From assembly GCA_965207545.1 (NCBI GenBank), contig CBDBMS010000003.1, positions 216,634 to 280,633 of the forward strand: a stretch of DNA of 64,000 bases. Reading direction: 5' to 3'. A program made the position numbers and the translations under genes. The notes under the pieces were generated by a model. The model saw only the letters and a list, made by a program, of their open reading frames with translations, was not told the origin of the DNA and made no database searches. The DNA comes from Gammaproteobacteria bacterium (lineage in GTDB: Bacteria > Pseudomonadota > Gammaproteobacteria > Tethybacterales > CBDBMS01). The stretch's first letter is position 1, and each line of letters begins with the position of its first letter. Shown piece by piece: positions 36,614 to 46,894 of the stretch.

Positions 36614-37536
36614 TGGCGCCGGCAGATGCAGGCGGTCCGCTAGCAGGCTGCGGACTCGCAGGACGTTGGACCGAAGACTATCCGATGTCAACGATCAGCA
36701 GCTGGCATGCAGGCGGCGGCGCCGAATGGCTCTACGAGCCGGCCGGAGTCGGGGATCTCGAGAGGATGCTCGGCGCCGTGTACAGCGTGATGCCGGTTCT
36801 TGCAATAGGCCGCGGGACCAACCTGCTTGTCCGCGACGGTGGAGTCAAGGGGACGGTGGTCAAGGCGGATTCCGTGCTGAATCGGCTTGAGACCGATGCC
36901 GACTCCGGCGAGGTTGTTGCGGGTGCAGGCGTACCCTGTCCCAAAGTTGCAAAGGAGTCGGTCAATGCCTCGCTGCGGGGAGGCGAATTCCTCTGCGGCA
37001 TACCCGGAACGGTTGGCGGAGCGCTTGCGATGAATGCCGGATGTCACGGCTCCGAGATCTGGGACGTGGTGTATCGTGTCGGCATTGTTGACATGCAGGG
37101 CCGGAGCCTGGAACTGGAGCCGTCGGCGTTCGACATTGGCTACCGCAGCGTCAGGTGGACCGGAGGCGAAGGCTTTCTGTTCAAGTCGGCGCAGCTCGCC
37201 TTGGAACGCGGTGAACGCGCCGAGGGCAGGACGGCCATGAGCCGGTTCATGAACCTTCGCAGGCGGACGCAGCCGCTGACGCTTCCGAATTCCGGATCGG
37301 TTTTCCGCAATCCTCCCGGCGACAGTGCAGGCAGGCTGGTCGAGGAGTGCGGCCTCAAGGGATTGCGTATCGGCGATGCGCAGATATCGGAGAAGCACGC
37401 CAACTTCATCGTCAATCTTGGCGCTGCCACTGCCGCCGACATCGAGGCGCTTGCGCTGCGTGCGAGGGAGCAGGTGCTTGAGCAGACCGGCACGGCCTTG
37501 GAGTTGGAGGTCAGAATTGTGGGAGAGCCGCAGTGA
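36604..37536 (+). CDS. murB: UDP-N-acetylenolpyruvoylglucosamine reductase
   Basis: GRGTNLLV.DGG, GIPGTVGGA..MNAG, GSVFRNP and KHANFIVN motifs. Confidence 0.95.
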   Translation: MYMMAPADAGGPLAGCGLAGRWTEDYPMSTISSWHAGGGAEWLYEPAGVGDLERMLGAVYSVMPVLAIGRGTNLLVRDGGVKGTVVKADSVLNRLETDADSGEVVAGAGVPCPKVAKESVNASLRGGEFLCGIPGTVGGALAMNAGCHGSEIWDVVYRVGIVDMQGRSLELEPSAFDIGYRSVRWTGGEGFLFKSAQLALERGERAEGRTAMSRFMNLRRRTQPLTLPNSGSVFRNPPGDSAGRLVEECGLKGLRIGDAQISEKHANFIVNLGAATAADIEALALRAREQVLEQTGTALELEVRIVGEPQ

Positions 37537-38453
37537 GCCGCTTCGGCAAAGTGGCGCTGCTGCTTGGCGGCAAGTCGCCGGAGCGCGAAGTGTCGCTGAT
37601 GAGCGGCCGCGAAGTGGGCGCCGCCCTGCGCCGGATCGGCTACGACGTGGTCGAGTTCGACACCGGAGAGCGGCCGGTGTGCGATATCCGCGGCGAAGGG
37701 ATCGACGCCGCGTTCATCATTCTGCACGGAGGCAGCGGCGAGAACGGCGTGATACAGGGTGTGCTCGGGGAGTGCGGCATTCCGTACACCGGCAGTGGCC
37801 ACTGCGCCTGCGCGCTGGCCATGGACAAGCACTATTCCAAGATGATTTGGCGCTCGTCGGGCATTCCGACGCCGCCCCATTGCCTGCTGAAAGCCGCTGA
37901 TGCAAAGGGGCTTGAAGAGGCGGCGGACACGCTCGGGTTCCCCATGTTCATCAAGCCGAGGAAAGGTGGATCCAGCGTGGCGACAGCCCGGATTGACGCC
38001 GTCAGCGGCTTTGCCGACGCCGTCCGGAACATCCTTGCGCTTGGTGATGATGCGATGGCGGAGCCTTGCATTTCCGGCAGCGAGATCACGTTTTCGATCC
38101 TGGGGGAAAGGGTGCTGCCGTCGATCAGGATCGCCACGGACAACGCCTTCTATGACTACGAGGCGAAATACCTCTCCGACAAGACATCCTATGTATGCCC
38201 CAGCGGTCTTGACGACGGGACCGAGAAGAAGCTGGGCGCCATGTCGCTTGAGGCGTACCGTCTGCTGGAATGTGCAGGATGGGGCCGAACCGACCTCATG
38301 CTTGAGGAGGATGGAACCGTACATGTGCTCGAGGTGAACACCGTGCCGGGAATGACCACGCATTCGCTGGTGCCGATGGCGGCCAAGGCGGTCGGCATCG
38401 GGTTCGACGAGCTGGTCGGGACGATTATGGAAGACGCGCAGGTGACGAGATGA
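37533..38453 (+). CDS. ddl: D-alanine--D-alanine ligase
   Basis: GGKSPEREVSL, LHGG.GE.G, FYDYEAKY and LEVNTVPGMT motifs. Confidence 0.96.
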   Translation: MSRFGKVALLLGGKSPEREVSLMSGREVGAALRRIGYDVVEFDTGERPVCDIRGEGIDAAFIILHGGSGENGVIQGVLGECGIPYTGSGHCACALAMDKHYSKMIWRSSGIPTPPHCLLKAADAKGLEEAADTLGFPMFIKPRKGGSSVATARIDAVSGFADAVRNILALGDDAMAEPCISGSEITFSILGERVLPSIRIATDNAFYDYEAKYLSDKTSYVCPSGLDDGTEKKLGAMSLEAYRLLECAGWGRTDLMLEEDGTVHVLEVNTVPGMTTHSLVPMAAKAVGIGFDELVGTIMEDAQVTR

Positions 38454-39151
38454 GAAAGGGGATTGCAGGCTTCGTGGCCGCCACCGTGCTGGCCGTCACC
38501 GCTGTGGCGGGCGTCGAAGCCTGGAACGGGTTCAAGGTGCGGGAGATCGTGCTCGGCAGCAACGTGGACAGCGAACTGCGCGAGCAGGTCAGGGCCGTTG
38601 TCGAAGAGGGGGGCGACTCGCTGCTCTCGCTGGATCTCGACAAGGTGCGCACTCGTCTCAACGGGCTGAAGAACGTGCGCTCCAGCAGCGTGCGCCGCGT
38701 GTTGCCGGACCGGATCGCAGTTGACATGGAGGAGCATCAGCCGCTCGCAAGATGGGAGCCTGGCGGGCTTGTCAACGTGCAGGGCGAGATGTACTCCGGC
38801 ACCACGGACCGCTGGCTGCCGATATTTCGCGGACCGGGGTCGCGTCTTCCGGAAATGGCTGAATACTACTTCTATGCGCGACACCTGCTCGGCTCGGCCG
38901 GAAACGGCCTGCAGGTCGTACAGTTGCATTTGAGTGATCTTGGCGAGTGGAGCATGTTCCTCGACAACGGCTGGATCCTCAATCTGGGATCCCACGACGC
39001 CTATGCCAGGCTCAAGCGGTTTGTGGAGACCCGTACGGAAATCGTGCGGCGCTTTGGCGAGGTCTCCTACATCGACCTCCGCTATCCGAACGGAATGGCG
39101 GTGCGCGGATCAATTGCAACAATTCAACAGGAAAAGGAGAATGTCAGATGA
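38450..39151 (+). CDS. ftsQ: Cell division protein FtsQ
   Basis: N-terminal TM, POTRA-like VRRVLPD and C-terminal YIDLRYPNG; located between ddl and ftsA. Confidence 0.9.
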   Translation: MRKGIAGFVAATVLAVTAVAGVEAWNGFKVREIVLGSNVDSELREQVRAVVEEGGDSLLSLDLDKVRTRLNGLKNVRSSSVRRVLPDRIAVDMEEHQPLARWEPGGLVNVQGEMYSGTTDRWLPIFRGPGSRLPEMAEYYFYARHLLGSAGNGLQVVQLHLSDLGEWSMFLDNGWILNLGSHDAYARLKRFVETRTEIVRRFGEVSYIDLRYPNGMAVRGSIATIQQEKENVR

Positions 39152-40356
39152 AAACGGGTTTTGCCGGCAGGGAAATGCTTTCGGTGGTGGACTTGGGCCA
39201 GTCGAAGTTCGTGGTTCTGGTTGCCGAGATGGTGTCGGACCACAACTACAGCGTGGTTGGCTACGGAGAGAGCGTTGCGGCGGGCATTCAGAAGGGAAAG
39301 GTCATCAACATCGACGAGATGGTCGAGGCGCTGGGACGCGCTGTCAAGAAGGCCGAGGTAATGTCGCACTCGAAGATCGAGAGCATGTATGTGGGGATAT
39401 CGGGCCACTTCGTGCGCGGCTGTACACACGGGGCGGCGACCTACATATCCGGCGACACCGTTGTGCAGCGCGATGTCGACCAGGTGATGCAGACTGCGCA
39501 GGCTCACGAACTGGTCGACGGCGAGGAGCGCATACTTCATGTGCTTGAGCAGTGCTTCGCGATCAACCATCGGAACGGAATACGCAAGCCGCTTGGCATG
39601 GAAGGGGTTCTGCTTGAGGGCAACGCCCACGTGATCTCGGTCGACGCAAACGTGGTGGCCAACATCGAGCGTTGCTTCCATAGCGCGGGGTTTCCGCCGC
39701 TGCGGATCATGTCCAACCATTTGGCGTCGGCCTCTGCGGTGCTGACGCAGGCGGAAAAGGATCTCGGAACCATACTGATCGACTTCGGCGCCGGCGTGTG
39801 CGACATCGCGGTGTTCCAGTCCGGGGTGCTCAGCCACATTCACGCGGTTGACCATGCCGGCGACGAGATCGACAGTGACATCGCCAAGACGTACCGCATA
39901 TCGGTTGCGGAAGCTGAACGTAGGAAGCGTGAAAAGGGATCCGCGACCGAGGCGGGTGCGGAATCCGGCGCGGGCCATGGCGAGGAGGCGCGTGAGGCGA
40001 ACATACTGTCGATGGTTATCCAGAGCAGGGCCGAGGACATCATGGGGCGGATCAACAAGTACATCAAGGAGTGTGACTTCGGAGCAAACATTTCCGGCGG
40101 CGTCGTTCTCACCGGCGGAGGGGGCCGGCTGGCGAACATCGAGAGGCTTGCGAGCGAGGTGATCGCTCTTCCGGTGCGGATCGGATTTCCCACCTACGCC
40201 GGCGAACATGCGGACATGCTCAATGGTCCCGAGTACGCTTCGGCTCTTGGTCTTGTGGAGATGTGCAAGGGCATGGCGTCGCCCGTGCCGCGCCGCGGAA
40301 ACGGTCTTGTTTCACGCGCCAAGACCGTGATGAACAACATGTTTCAAATCGACTAA
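39148..40356 (+). CDS. ftsA: Cell division protein FtsA
   Basis: VDLGQSK, PLGMEG, LIDFGAG, GVVLTGGG, PVRIG and a C-terminal amphipathic helix; ATG at 39148. Confidence 0.93.
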   Translation: MKTGFAGREMLSVVDLGQSKFVVLVAEMVSDHNYSVVGYGESVAAGIQKGKVINIDEMVEALGRAVKKAEVMSHSKIESMYVGISGHFVRGCTHGAATYISGDTVVQRDVDQVMQTAQAHELVDGEERILHVLEQCFAINHRNGIRKPLGMEGVLLEGNAHVISVDANVVANIERCFHSAGFPPLRIMSNHLASASAVLTQAEKDLGTILIDFGAGVCDIAVFQSGVLSHIHAVDHAGDEIDSDIAKTYRISVAEAERRKREKGSATEAGAESGAGHGEEAREANILSMVIQSRAEDIMGRINKYIKECDFGANISGGVVLTGGGGRLANIERLASEVIALPVRIGFPTYAGEHADMLNGPEYASALGLVEMCKGMASPVPRRGNGLVSRAKTVMNNMFQID

Positions 40357-40377
40357 CCAGAAAAAAAAGGAGAAACA

Positions 40378-41514
40378 ATGGATTTCATAGAAGAGCAGCG
40401 CGACGGCGCAGTCATCAAGGTCTTCGGTGTCGGCGGTTGCGGCGGGAACGTTATCAACACCATGGTGGCGCAAGGCCTGGAGGGCGTCGACTTCGTGGCG
40501 TTGAACACGGACCTTCAGGCGCTCAACAACGTGCGCAACTCCGAATGCGTGCAGCTGGGAGCACAGATCACGCGCGGACTGGGTGCCGGCGCCAAGGTCG
40601 AGCTGGCAGAGCAGGCGGCGCGCCAGGATGCCGACCGGATCCGCGGACTGATCGAGGGAACCGACATGCTGTTCATAACGGCTGGCATGGGCGGAGGAAC
40701 CGGAACCGGCGCAGCACCGGTGATAGCGGAATTGGCTTCCGAACTGGGCGTGCTCACCATTGCGGTGGTGACGCGCCCGTTCAAGTTCGAGAGCCGGGAG
40801 AAAAAGGCCTCGATGGGGATCCGGAACCTGGCACAGCATGTGGATTCCCTGATCGTCATTCCGAACGACCAGCTTACAAAGGTGCTCGGCGGCGAATTCA
40901 AGGCGAAAAAGGCGTTCGAGGAGTCGGACAAGGTGCTCTACGGAGCGGTGTCCGGCATTTGCGAGGTGATCTACAAGCCGGGCTGGATCAACGTCGACTT
41001 TGCCGATGTGCGGTCGGTCATGTCCCAGACCGGCATGGCGATCATGGGTTCCGGCTCTGACCGCGGCGTGGAACGCGCTTCACGTGCGGCGCAGGATGCC
41101 ATCGAATGTCCGCTGCTTGAGGACTACAGCCTTGAGGGGGCCAAGTCACTGCTGATCAACATCGCGGCATCCGAGGAAACGCTTAGCATGGCCGAAGTTC
41201 AGGAGGTTCAGGAGGTGATCAAGCGTGACGTCAGCGCCGAGGCCGAAATGTTCTTTGGAACCGTGTTCGACTCCGAATTGGGGGACGAGCTTCGCGTCAC
41301 GGTCATTGCCACAGGACTCAAGAATCCTCACATTGAGGAGGTCAGGAAGCCGGAGAAGGCGGTTGCCGTCGGAGGCGCGAGACTGTTGGGTTCCGGCGTA
41401 GGCGGCGTGTTTGGCAGCGGAAGGCGCGAGAACCAGCAGAAGAACCTGGAGCTTGACTATGGCGAGGGAGGGAAGGACAAGATCCCATCCTTCCTGCGCA
41501 AGCAGATCAGCTGA
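40378..41514 (+). CDS. ftsZ: Cell division protein FtsZ
   Basis: GVGGCGGN, GMGGGTGTG, INVDFAD, VTVIATG and C-terminal IPSFLRKQ. Confidence 0.98.
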   Translation: MDFIEEQRDGAVIKVFGVGGCGGNVINTMVAQGLEGVDFVALNTDLQALNNVRNSECVQLGAQITRGLGAGAKVELAEQAARQDADRIRGLIEGTDMLFITAGMGGGTGTGAAPVIAELASELGVLTIAVVTRPFKFESREKKASMGIRNLAQHVDSLIVIPNDQLTKVLGGEFKAKKAFEESDKVLYGAVSGICEVIYKPGWINVDFADVRSVMSQTGMAIMGSGSDRGVERASRAAQDAIECPLLEDYSLEGAKSLLINIAASEETLSMAEVQEVQEVIKRDVSAEAEMFFGTVFDSELGDELRVTVIATGLKNPHIEEVRKPEKAVAVGGARLLGSGVGGVFGSGRRENQQKNLELDYGEGGKDKIPSFLRKQIS

Positions 41515-41535
41515 AACTCACTATAATCCGCAGCC

Positions 41536-42447
41536 ATGTCAGAAAGACAGCAGACCATCGGCGAGCGCACGGACGTCTACGAAGGGCTTGCTCTCCACAC
41601 GGGCCGGCTGACCAGGATGTCGCTGGCGCCTGCGCCGGTCGACACCGGGATCGTGTTCAGACGCACCGATCTTGGTTCGCAGACCGATGTTCGCATCGGC
41701 GCCGACAAGGTGAGCGAAACCCGCCTGGCGACGACGGTGGCGTTTGGCAAAGCCAGTGTCCAGACGGTGGAGCATCTGCTGTCGGCGCTGTCGGTTCTGG
41801 AGATTGACAACGTCCTGGTCGAGGTCGACGGCCCCGAGATGCCTTGCATGGACGGCAGCGCCATTCCGTTCGTGCTGATGCTCAAGGATGTGGGCGCTGT
41901 CGAGCAGGAGCGGTACAGGCGCATGATACGGATCGCCCGAACCGTTGAGTTCAGTGAAAGCGACGGCAGCGGACCGCCCAAGTGGGCGCGTTTCAGTCCC
42001 TACGAAGGCACGCGCTACAAGGTGCGGATCGACTTCAGCCATCCGTATATCAGATCGACGGACCAGACCGCGGTGTTCGAGTTCGGGGAGGACTACGAAA
42101 GGAAGATCGCCAAGGCGCGGACGTTTGGTTTTGTCAGCGAGCTTGAGACATTGCTCGACAGCGGACTCGCTCGCGGCGGCTCAAGCGAGAACTGCATCGT
42201 GCTCAACGGCAGCAGGCTGCTTGACGGTGCGGTGCTACGCTATCCTAACGAGTTCGCCAGGCACAAGCTGCTTGACGCCATAGGCGACTGCTACGCCTGC
42301 GGCCATCGCATCATTGGCGAGTACGAATCCTACAAGCCCGGCCACCGGGTCAACAACATGCTTTTGCGCAAACTTCTGCTTGAGGAGAGCGACGCCTGGA
42401 GCTGGATCACGGCCGATGGGCCGCAGCCTGTCATTCGGCAACAGTAG
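41536..42447 (+). CDS. lpxC: UDP-3-O-acyl-GlcNAc deacetylase
   Basis: RQQTI, G.ALHTG, TVEHLLSAL, ARTFGF and RHKLLDAIGD motifs. Confidence 0.96.
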   Translation: MSERQQTIGERTDVYEGLALHTGRLTRMSLAPAPVDTGIVFRRTDLGSQTDVRIGADKVSETRLATTVAFGKASVQTVEHLLSALSVLEIDNVLVEVDGPEMPCMDGSAIPFVLMLKDVGAVEQERYRRMIRIARTVEFSESDGSGPPKWARFSPYEGTRYKVRIDFSHPYIRSTDQTAVFEFGEDYERKIAKARTFGFVSELETLLDSGLARGGSSENCIVLNGSRLLDGAVLRYPNEFARHKLLDAIGDCYACGHRIIGEYESYKPGHRVNNMLLRKLLLEESDAWSWITADGPQPVIRQQ

Positions 42448-43240
42448 CAGCAAGTTCCGCGCATGCCTTGGCATAGCCTTCCGGCGCTCCGCAGTCGAAG
42501 CATCGGGCATGTTCCAGAGCCACAGGCGTCACGCGGGTCCGTCCCGCGAGCATTCCGACCGCATCGGTAAGCTGCATTTCGCCCTCCTTTTTCGGCAATT
42601 CGCCAAGCAGGCCGAAGATCTCCGAGTCAAGAACGTATCTTCCCAGAACGGCCCAGTTCGACGGTGCGTCCCCGGGGCCGGGCTTCTCAACCAGCCGGGT
42701 GATGCGCTGAACGCCCTCCGCTCCCGATATCCCGGCTATGCCGTACCTGTGAGTCCTCTCCGGCGGAACCTTCATGAGCATGACGCTGTTTTCGCTGTTG
42801 GCAGTCATTGCCGCCATCCCTTTGGCGGCAGGGTCAATCAGCATGTCCGGCAGCATGACGGCGAACATCCGGTTGCCGACCGGATTCTGCGCCTGCAGCA
42901 CCGCATGTCCGAGCCCCCTGGGCTCCTGCTGCACTATCGCCCTGAAACAGGCGTTTCTGATCAGGGTCGACGCGTATGCGCAACGTTCGGGGCTGCCGGG
43001 CGCAAGCGCCCTCTCCAGAGAGTCTGAGGACGAGAAATAGTCCATGAGCCGCTGATCGCCGGGTCGCACGACAAATACGAACTCCTCTATGCCGGCGGCC
43101 AGCCCTTCCTCGACAACATGGTGGATGACGGGCTTCATTCCAACGGGAAGCAGTTCCTTTGGGACGCACTTGGTCAGCGGCATCATCCTCGTGCCGAGAC
43201 CGGCCGCCGGTATGACGGCAACCTTGACGGAGCCGGTCAT
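42431..43240 (-). CDS. galU: UTP--glucose-1-phosphate uridylyltransferase
   Basis: IPAAGLGTR..P.TK..PKE, Q.EPRGLGHAV, VEKP and GEMQLTDA motifs. Confidence 0.9.
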   Translation of the reverse strand: MTGSVKVAVIPAAGLGTRMMPLTKCVPKELLPVGMKPVIHHVVEEGLAAGIEEFVFVVRPGDQRLMDYFSSSDSLERALAPGSPERCAYASTLIRNACFRAIVQQEPRGLGHAVLQAQNPVGNRMFAVMLPDMLIDPAAKGMAAMTANSENSVMLMKVPPERTHRYGIAGISGAEGVQRITRLVEKPGPGDAPSNWAVLGRYVLDSEIFGLLGELPKKEGEMQLTDAVGMLAGRTRVTPVALEHARCFDCGAPEGYAKACAELAATVAE

Positions 43241-43944
43241 CCGTTTTGCGGAGAGGCCCCGTCCGCTGCGCAGACCCGTCCCACCCAGCCGTTGAGCGCC
43301 TGCGTTTCCTCAAGCGATATGGTGTGGTCGATCGGATATTCGCGGTATTCCGGGTCGAGGCCAAGTTCGCGCAGCAGTTCGCAGGAATCCTGCGCCGCCT
43401 GGACAGGAACGATCGGATCACGCGTGCCGTGCGCCATGAACACCGGAACCTGTCCGGCATGAGGGGACATCTCTCCCTTGAGAGTGTCGGCGAGTGGAAC
43501 GTAGCCTGAAAGGCAGGCGATCCCGCCTATCCTGAACGGCAGCCGAAGCCCGGTGTGGAGCGCCATTGCGCCGCCTTGGGAGAAACCGGCGAGGACGATT
43601 CGCTCCGGTGCGATCCCGTTGTCGACTTCGCGCCGGATCAGGAGGGTGATCGCTTTGCACGAGGCGCGTATGCCTTCGGCATCCTGGTCCGCCTGCAGGT
43701 CGATGCCCACGATGTTGTACCAGGCCCGCATGACCATGCCTCCGTTGACGCCGATCGGCCGCTTGGGCGCATTCGGCAGCACCGCGTCGACTCTTTTCAT
43801 CGCCGGCAACTGGTGCACGAGCGGCGCAAGGTCGTTGCCATCCGCACCCAGTCCGTGCAGGACCACGGCGCGGAATGCCTGTCCGGCGGAATCCTCGCGC
43901 TCGATGCGGATTGTTTCCAGAGCGTCTTCAGTCTCTTCCGTCAT
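43237..43944 (-). CDS. Phospholipase/carboxylesterase (alpha/beta hydrolase)
   Basis: LHGLGADG, MRAWY, GFSQGG (nucleophile), HGT.DPIVP and catalytic His; ATG at 43944. Confidence 0.92.
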   Translation of the reverse strand: MTEETEDALETIRIEREDSAGQAFRAVVLHGLGADGNDLAPLVHQLPAMKRVDAVLPNAPKRPIGVNGGMVMRAWYNIVGIDLQADQDAEGIRASCKAITLLIRREVDNGIAPERIVLAGFSQGGAMALHTGLRLPFRIGGIACLSGYVPLADTLKGEMSPHAGQVPVFMAHGTRDPIVPVQAAQDSCELLRELGLDPEYREYPIDHTISLEETQALNGWVGRVCAADGASPQNG

Positions 43945-44497
43945 ACCTCTCTCCAATGGATGCGAACAGGCGGTCCCAGTCGAATGCGTCGCCAGGATCC
44001 GTCTTTCTTTGTGGCGCAACATGGCAGTGACCTGCAAAGCAGGTGATCGGATAGCGTGCGGCAAGCAACCGTCCGAGTTCGGCCAGCGTGTCGTACTGGG
44101 CGTTCTCGAACGGCGTGGAATCGGTGCCTTCGAGCTCTATCCCGATTGAGAAGTCGTTGCAGTCGTCGCGGTTCCGGTGGCTGGATTCTCCCGCGTGCCA
44201 GGCGCGCCGGCCACAAGGCACGAACTGGACGGTTTCGCCAGTGCGGCTGATCAGGAAGTGGGACGAGACCTTCATTCCCGCAATTTCCTGGAAGGACGGA
44301 TGCGCCTGCGGATCAAGACGGTTTGTGAACAGAAGCTCGATGTCGCCGGTTCCGAACTTTCCCGGCGGCAGCGAGATGCAGTGAATGACGGCCAGCGATA
44401 TGTCTATCCCGTCCGTCCGCCTGTTGAAGTTGGGTGACGGAACCTGCCGTGCGCCCTTGAGCAGTCCGTCCGCCGTGATGGGTTCCAGTCCGGTCAT
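43928..44497 (-). CDS. ampD: 1,6-anhydro-N-acetylmuramyl-L-alanine amidase
   Basis: SPNFN.R, HCISLPPG, VSSHFLI, RAWHAG, GIELEG and RKTDPG motifs. Confidence 0.94.
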   Translation of the reverse strand: MTGLEPITADGLLKGARQVPSPNFNRRTDGIDISLAVIHCISLPPGKFGTGDIELLFTNRLDPQAHPSFQEIAGMKVSSHFLISRTGETVQFVPCGRRAWHAGESSHRNRDDCNDFSIGIELEGTDSTPFENAQYDTLAELGRLLAARYPITCFAGHCHVAPQRKTDPGDAFDWDRLFASIGERYDGRD

Positions 44498-45237
44498 GAC
44501 TGCCTCTTGAACCGTGTTCGTGCGCGCTCAAGATCCGCCATGGTGTCGATCCCGAAGGACTGGTCCTGTGTCACCGCTACCGCCATTGACCTGCCGTGCC
44601 AGAGGATGCGTAGCTGTTCGAGCTTTTCGATCTCCTCGTCCGGCGCCGGCTGCAGACCGGTGTACTCGTGCAGAAAGGAGACACGGTAGGCGTAGATGCC
44701 GTGATGGATCAGCGTTCCCGGCGGAACCGCACCAGGCTTGTCGCGGTTATGGGGTATCGGCGCACGGCTGAAGTGACGTGCCATTGAACGGGAGTCGACG
44801 ACCACCTTGACCGCATTGGGATCGACATACTCGTGCTCGCCGGCGGGTCTTGCCGCAGTGGCGCAGTGTACGTCGGGACTGTCGGCGAGGGTATGTGCAA
44901 CGGCGTCTATGGTGTCCGGATCGATGAACGGCTCGTCCGCCTGTACAACCACGACCATGGCCTCGTCGTCAAGACGGCACAAGCTGGCTGTCTCCGCGGC
45001 CCTTGAGGTTCCCGAAGTGTGGGTTTCGGTCATCAGGTGTTCGGCGCCGGCCTGTTCAGCGATCGGCGCAAGAGACGGATCGGACAGTGCCGCCACGACC
45101 CGGACCGCCGTCGATTTCATGGCCTGCTCAAGGGTGCGCTGCATGACGGGCTTGCCGCCGACATCCAGCGAAAGCTTCTCCGGAAGCCGCCGCGAATGCC
45201 GATGGCAGGGCACGATGACCGTGAAACCGACGCTCAC
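44494..45237 (-). CDS. kdsB: 3-deoxy-manno-octulosonate cytidylyltransferase
   Basis: SRRLPEK, HTSGT.R, VQADEP, FSRAPIP, GIYAY and EKLEQLR motifs. Confidence 0.93.
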   Translation of the reverse strand: MSVGFTVIVPCHRHSRRLPEKLSLDVGGKPVMQRTLEQAMKSTAVRVVAALSDPSLAPIAEQAGAEHLMTETHTSGTSRAAETASLCRLDDEAMVVVVQADEPFIDPDTIDAVAHTLADSPDVHCATAARPAGEHEYVDPNAVKVVVDSRSMARHFSRAPIPHNRDKPGAVPPGTLIHHGIYAYRVSFLHEYTGLQPAPDEEIEKLEQLRILWHGRSMAVAVTQDQSFGIDTMADLERARTRFKRQS

Positions 45238-45425
45238 TTCTCCCGTTTCCCGACCTCTTCCCCGGACACTGTCCGCGCCTCGTCAGGGAGCATCACCGGA
45301 ACACCGTTGATGACCGGATAGGCAAGCCGGTCCGCTGCGCACACCACCTCGCTGTCCTGTCTCTTGTAGGCCAAGGGTCCCTTGCAGATGGGACAGACCA
45401 GGATTTCAAGTATCTTTCGGTTCAT
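45234..45425 (-). CDS. Trm112-family protein (YcaR-like)
   Basis: [13 protein letters not shown] and LAYPV..GVPVML; canonical position between lpxK and kdsB. Confidence 0.92.
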   Translation of the reverse strand: MNRKILEILVCPICKGPLAYKRQDSEVVCAADRLAYPVINGVPVMLPDEARTVSGEEVGKREK

Positions 45426-46434
45426 AAGCCAGCGAAGCGACCGTTGCGACCACGGTGCTGTCGACAGTGTGGACAACATTCCACTCGAGGCATCGACGGT
45501 CGGCGAAGCTGCGGCATTTTACCGCATCCTTTGCGGTCATGACGATGTGGTCGGCGGTGATGCGGAGCAGATCTTTGTCTTGGTACGGGTGATGGTCAGG
45601 GAACGCGATGCGGCTGTCCAGAATGAGGCCTGCGGCCTCGAGTGTGTCAAAGAACCGTTCGGGGTTGGCTATGCCGGCGATGGCGACGATTTTCCCCTTG
45701 AGTTCGTCGGCGCCGATCTCGGTCCGGTCGCTGTCGAGGCGCAGAAGGCGGGACGACATGACCTTGATTGCCGCAGCGTCGTCCGGTCGTCCGGTTACGA
45801 GGTTGACGCTGTTGAGCCGCGAGCGTGGCTCGCGCAGCGGTCCTGCCGGCATCGGCCAGCCGTTGCCCAAGCCGTAGTTCGGGTCGATCACGGCTATTTC
45901 CCAGTCCCGGCCGAGAGCCATGTGCTGAAGTCCGTCGTCACTGATGATGATGTTGGTTGCAGGATGCCTTTCAAGGAGCATTCTGGCAGCCAGCGCGCGG
46001 TTCGCGCCGACGCAGACCGGAGCCTTCGTCTCACATCGTACCAAAAGAGGTTCATCTCCGCACGTGGCGGCTGCCATGTCCGGCTCGACCATCGTTGGCC
46101 GGGTTGCGTCGCCGCAGTATCCGCGGCACACCACGCCGGGATGAAGGCCGGCAACCGCCAGTTGACGGGTCAGGGCAATTGTGAAAGGGGTCTTGCCGCC
46201 GCCGCCAGCCGTTATTCCGCCAACAACCACGACCGGAACCGGCATGCGATGCACACGCAGAACACCGGTCCTATAGCATAGCCTCCGAATTGCTGTGGCG
46301 AGTGCGAAGAGGGCGGAAATCGGCAGCAACAGCAGGTTGACGGGACCTTTGGATCTCCAGAAGGTTCTCAGCGACACGGGCTCGGTCCGGATATTGGCAA
46401 GTGATGCCTGCGGTTTTGCAAAGTCAGGGGGCAT
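45406..46434 (-). CDS. lpxK: Tetraacyldisaccharide 4'-kinase (start uncertain)
   Basis: [39 protein letters not shown] and FPDHH motifs. Confidence 0.93.
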   Translation of the reverse strand: MPPDFAKPQASLANIRTEPVSLRTFWRSKGPVNLLLLPISALFALATAIRRLCYRTGVLRVHRMPVPVVVVGGITAGGGGKTPFTIALTRQLAVAGLHPGVVCRGYCGDATRPTMVEPDMAAATCGDEPLLVRCETKAPVCVGANRALAARMLLERHPATNIIISDDGLQHMALGRDWEIAVIDPNYGLGNGWPMPAGPLREPRSRLNSVNLVTGRPDDAAAIKVMSSRLLRLDSDRTEIGADELKGKIVAIAGIANPERFFDTLEAAGLILDSRIAFPDHHPYQDKDLLRITADHIVMTAKDAVKCRSFADRRCLEWNVVHTVDSTVVATVASLAYEPKDT

Positions 46435-46894
46435 TATCGCACCTTGGCAAACGGAATGCACCGCTGTCCGTCCGGAATGTTGGAATGGCATATGCGTGAA
46501 CAAGGAGAGCATCAGCGTTGTGGAAATGCCGGTTGTGCAGTCGGCGGGGTCTGTCCCGGACCGGTTTACGGTTTACGGTGCGCACTTCAACTTGGTTTAT
46601 CGGTCGCAAGACTGGACGGGTGTCCCTGTGCGCCGGAGCCTCTGTCAACATGGCGACTGGGGAGACCGTGCATTTTCTGCATGATGAAGGGCTCGGAACA
46701 GGGATTGGCCTTGATGTCCGTGGGTGGCGGCGGGTGTGCGCCGGCCTTCCGGGTATGCCGTACAACTCCAAGGGTGTAAAATGCTGTTGCGTGTTGCATG
46801 GCAAGTTTGATGCGCATCAAGTGGCGTGGAGGTGCGTGTTGCGTTCTCTCCATGCGGCGGACAGGTGAAGATGCAAAAGAAAGGAGAAAGGAGC

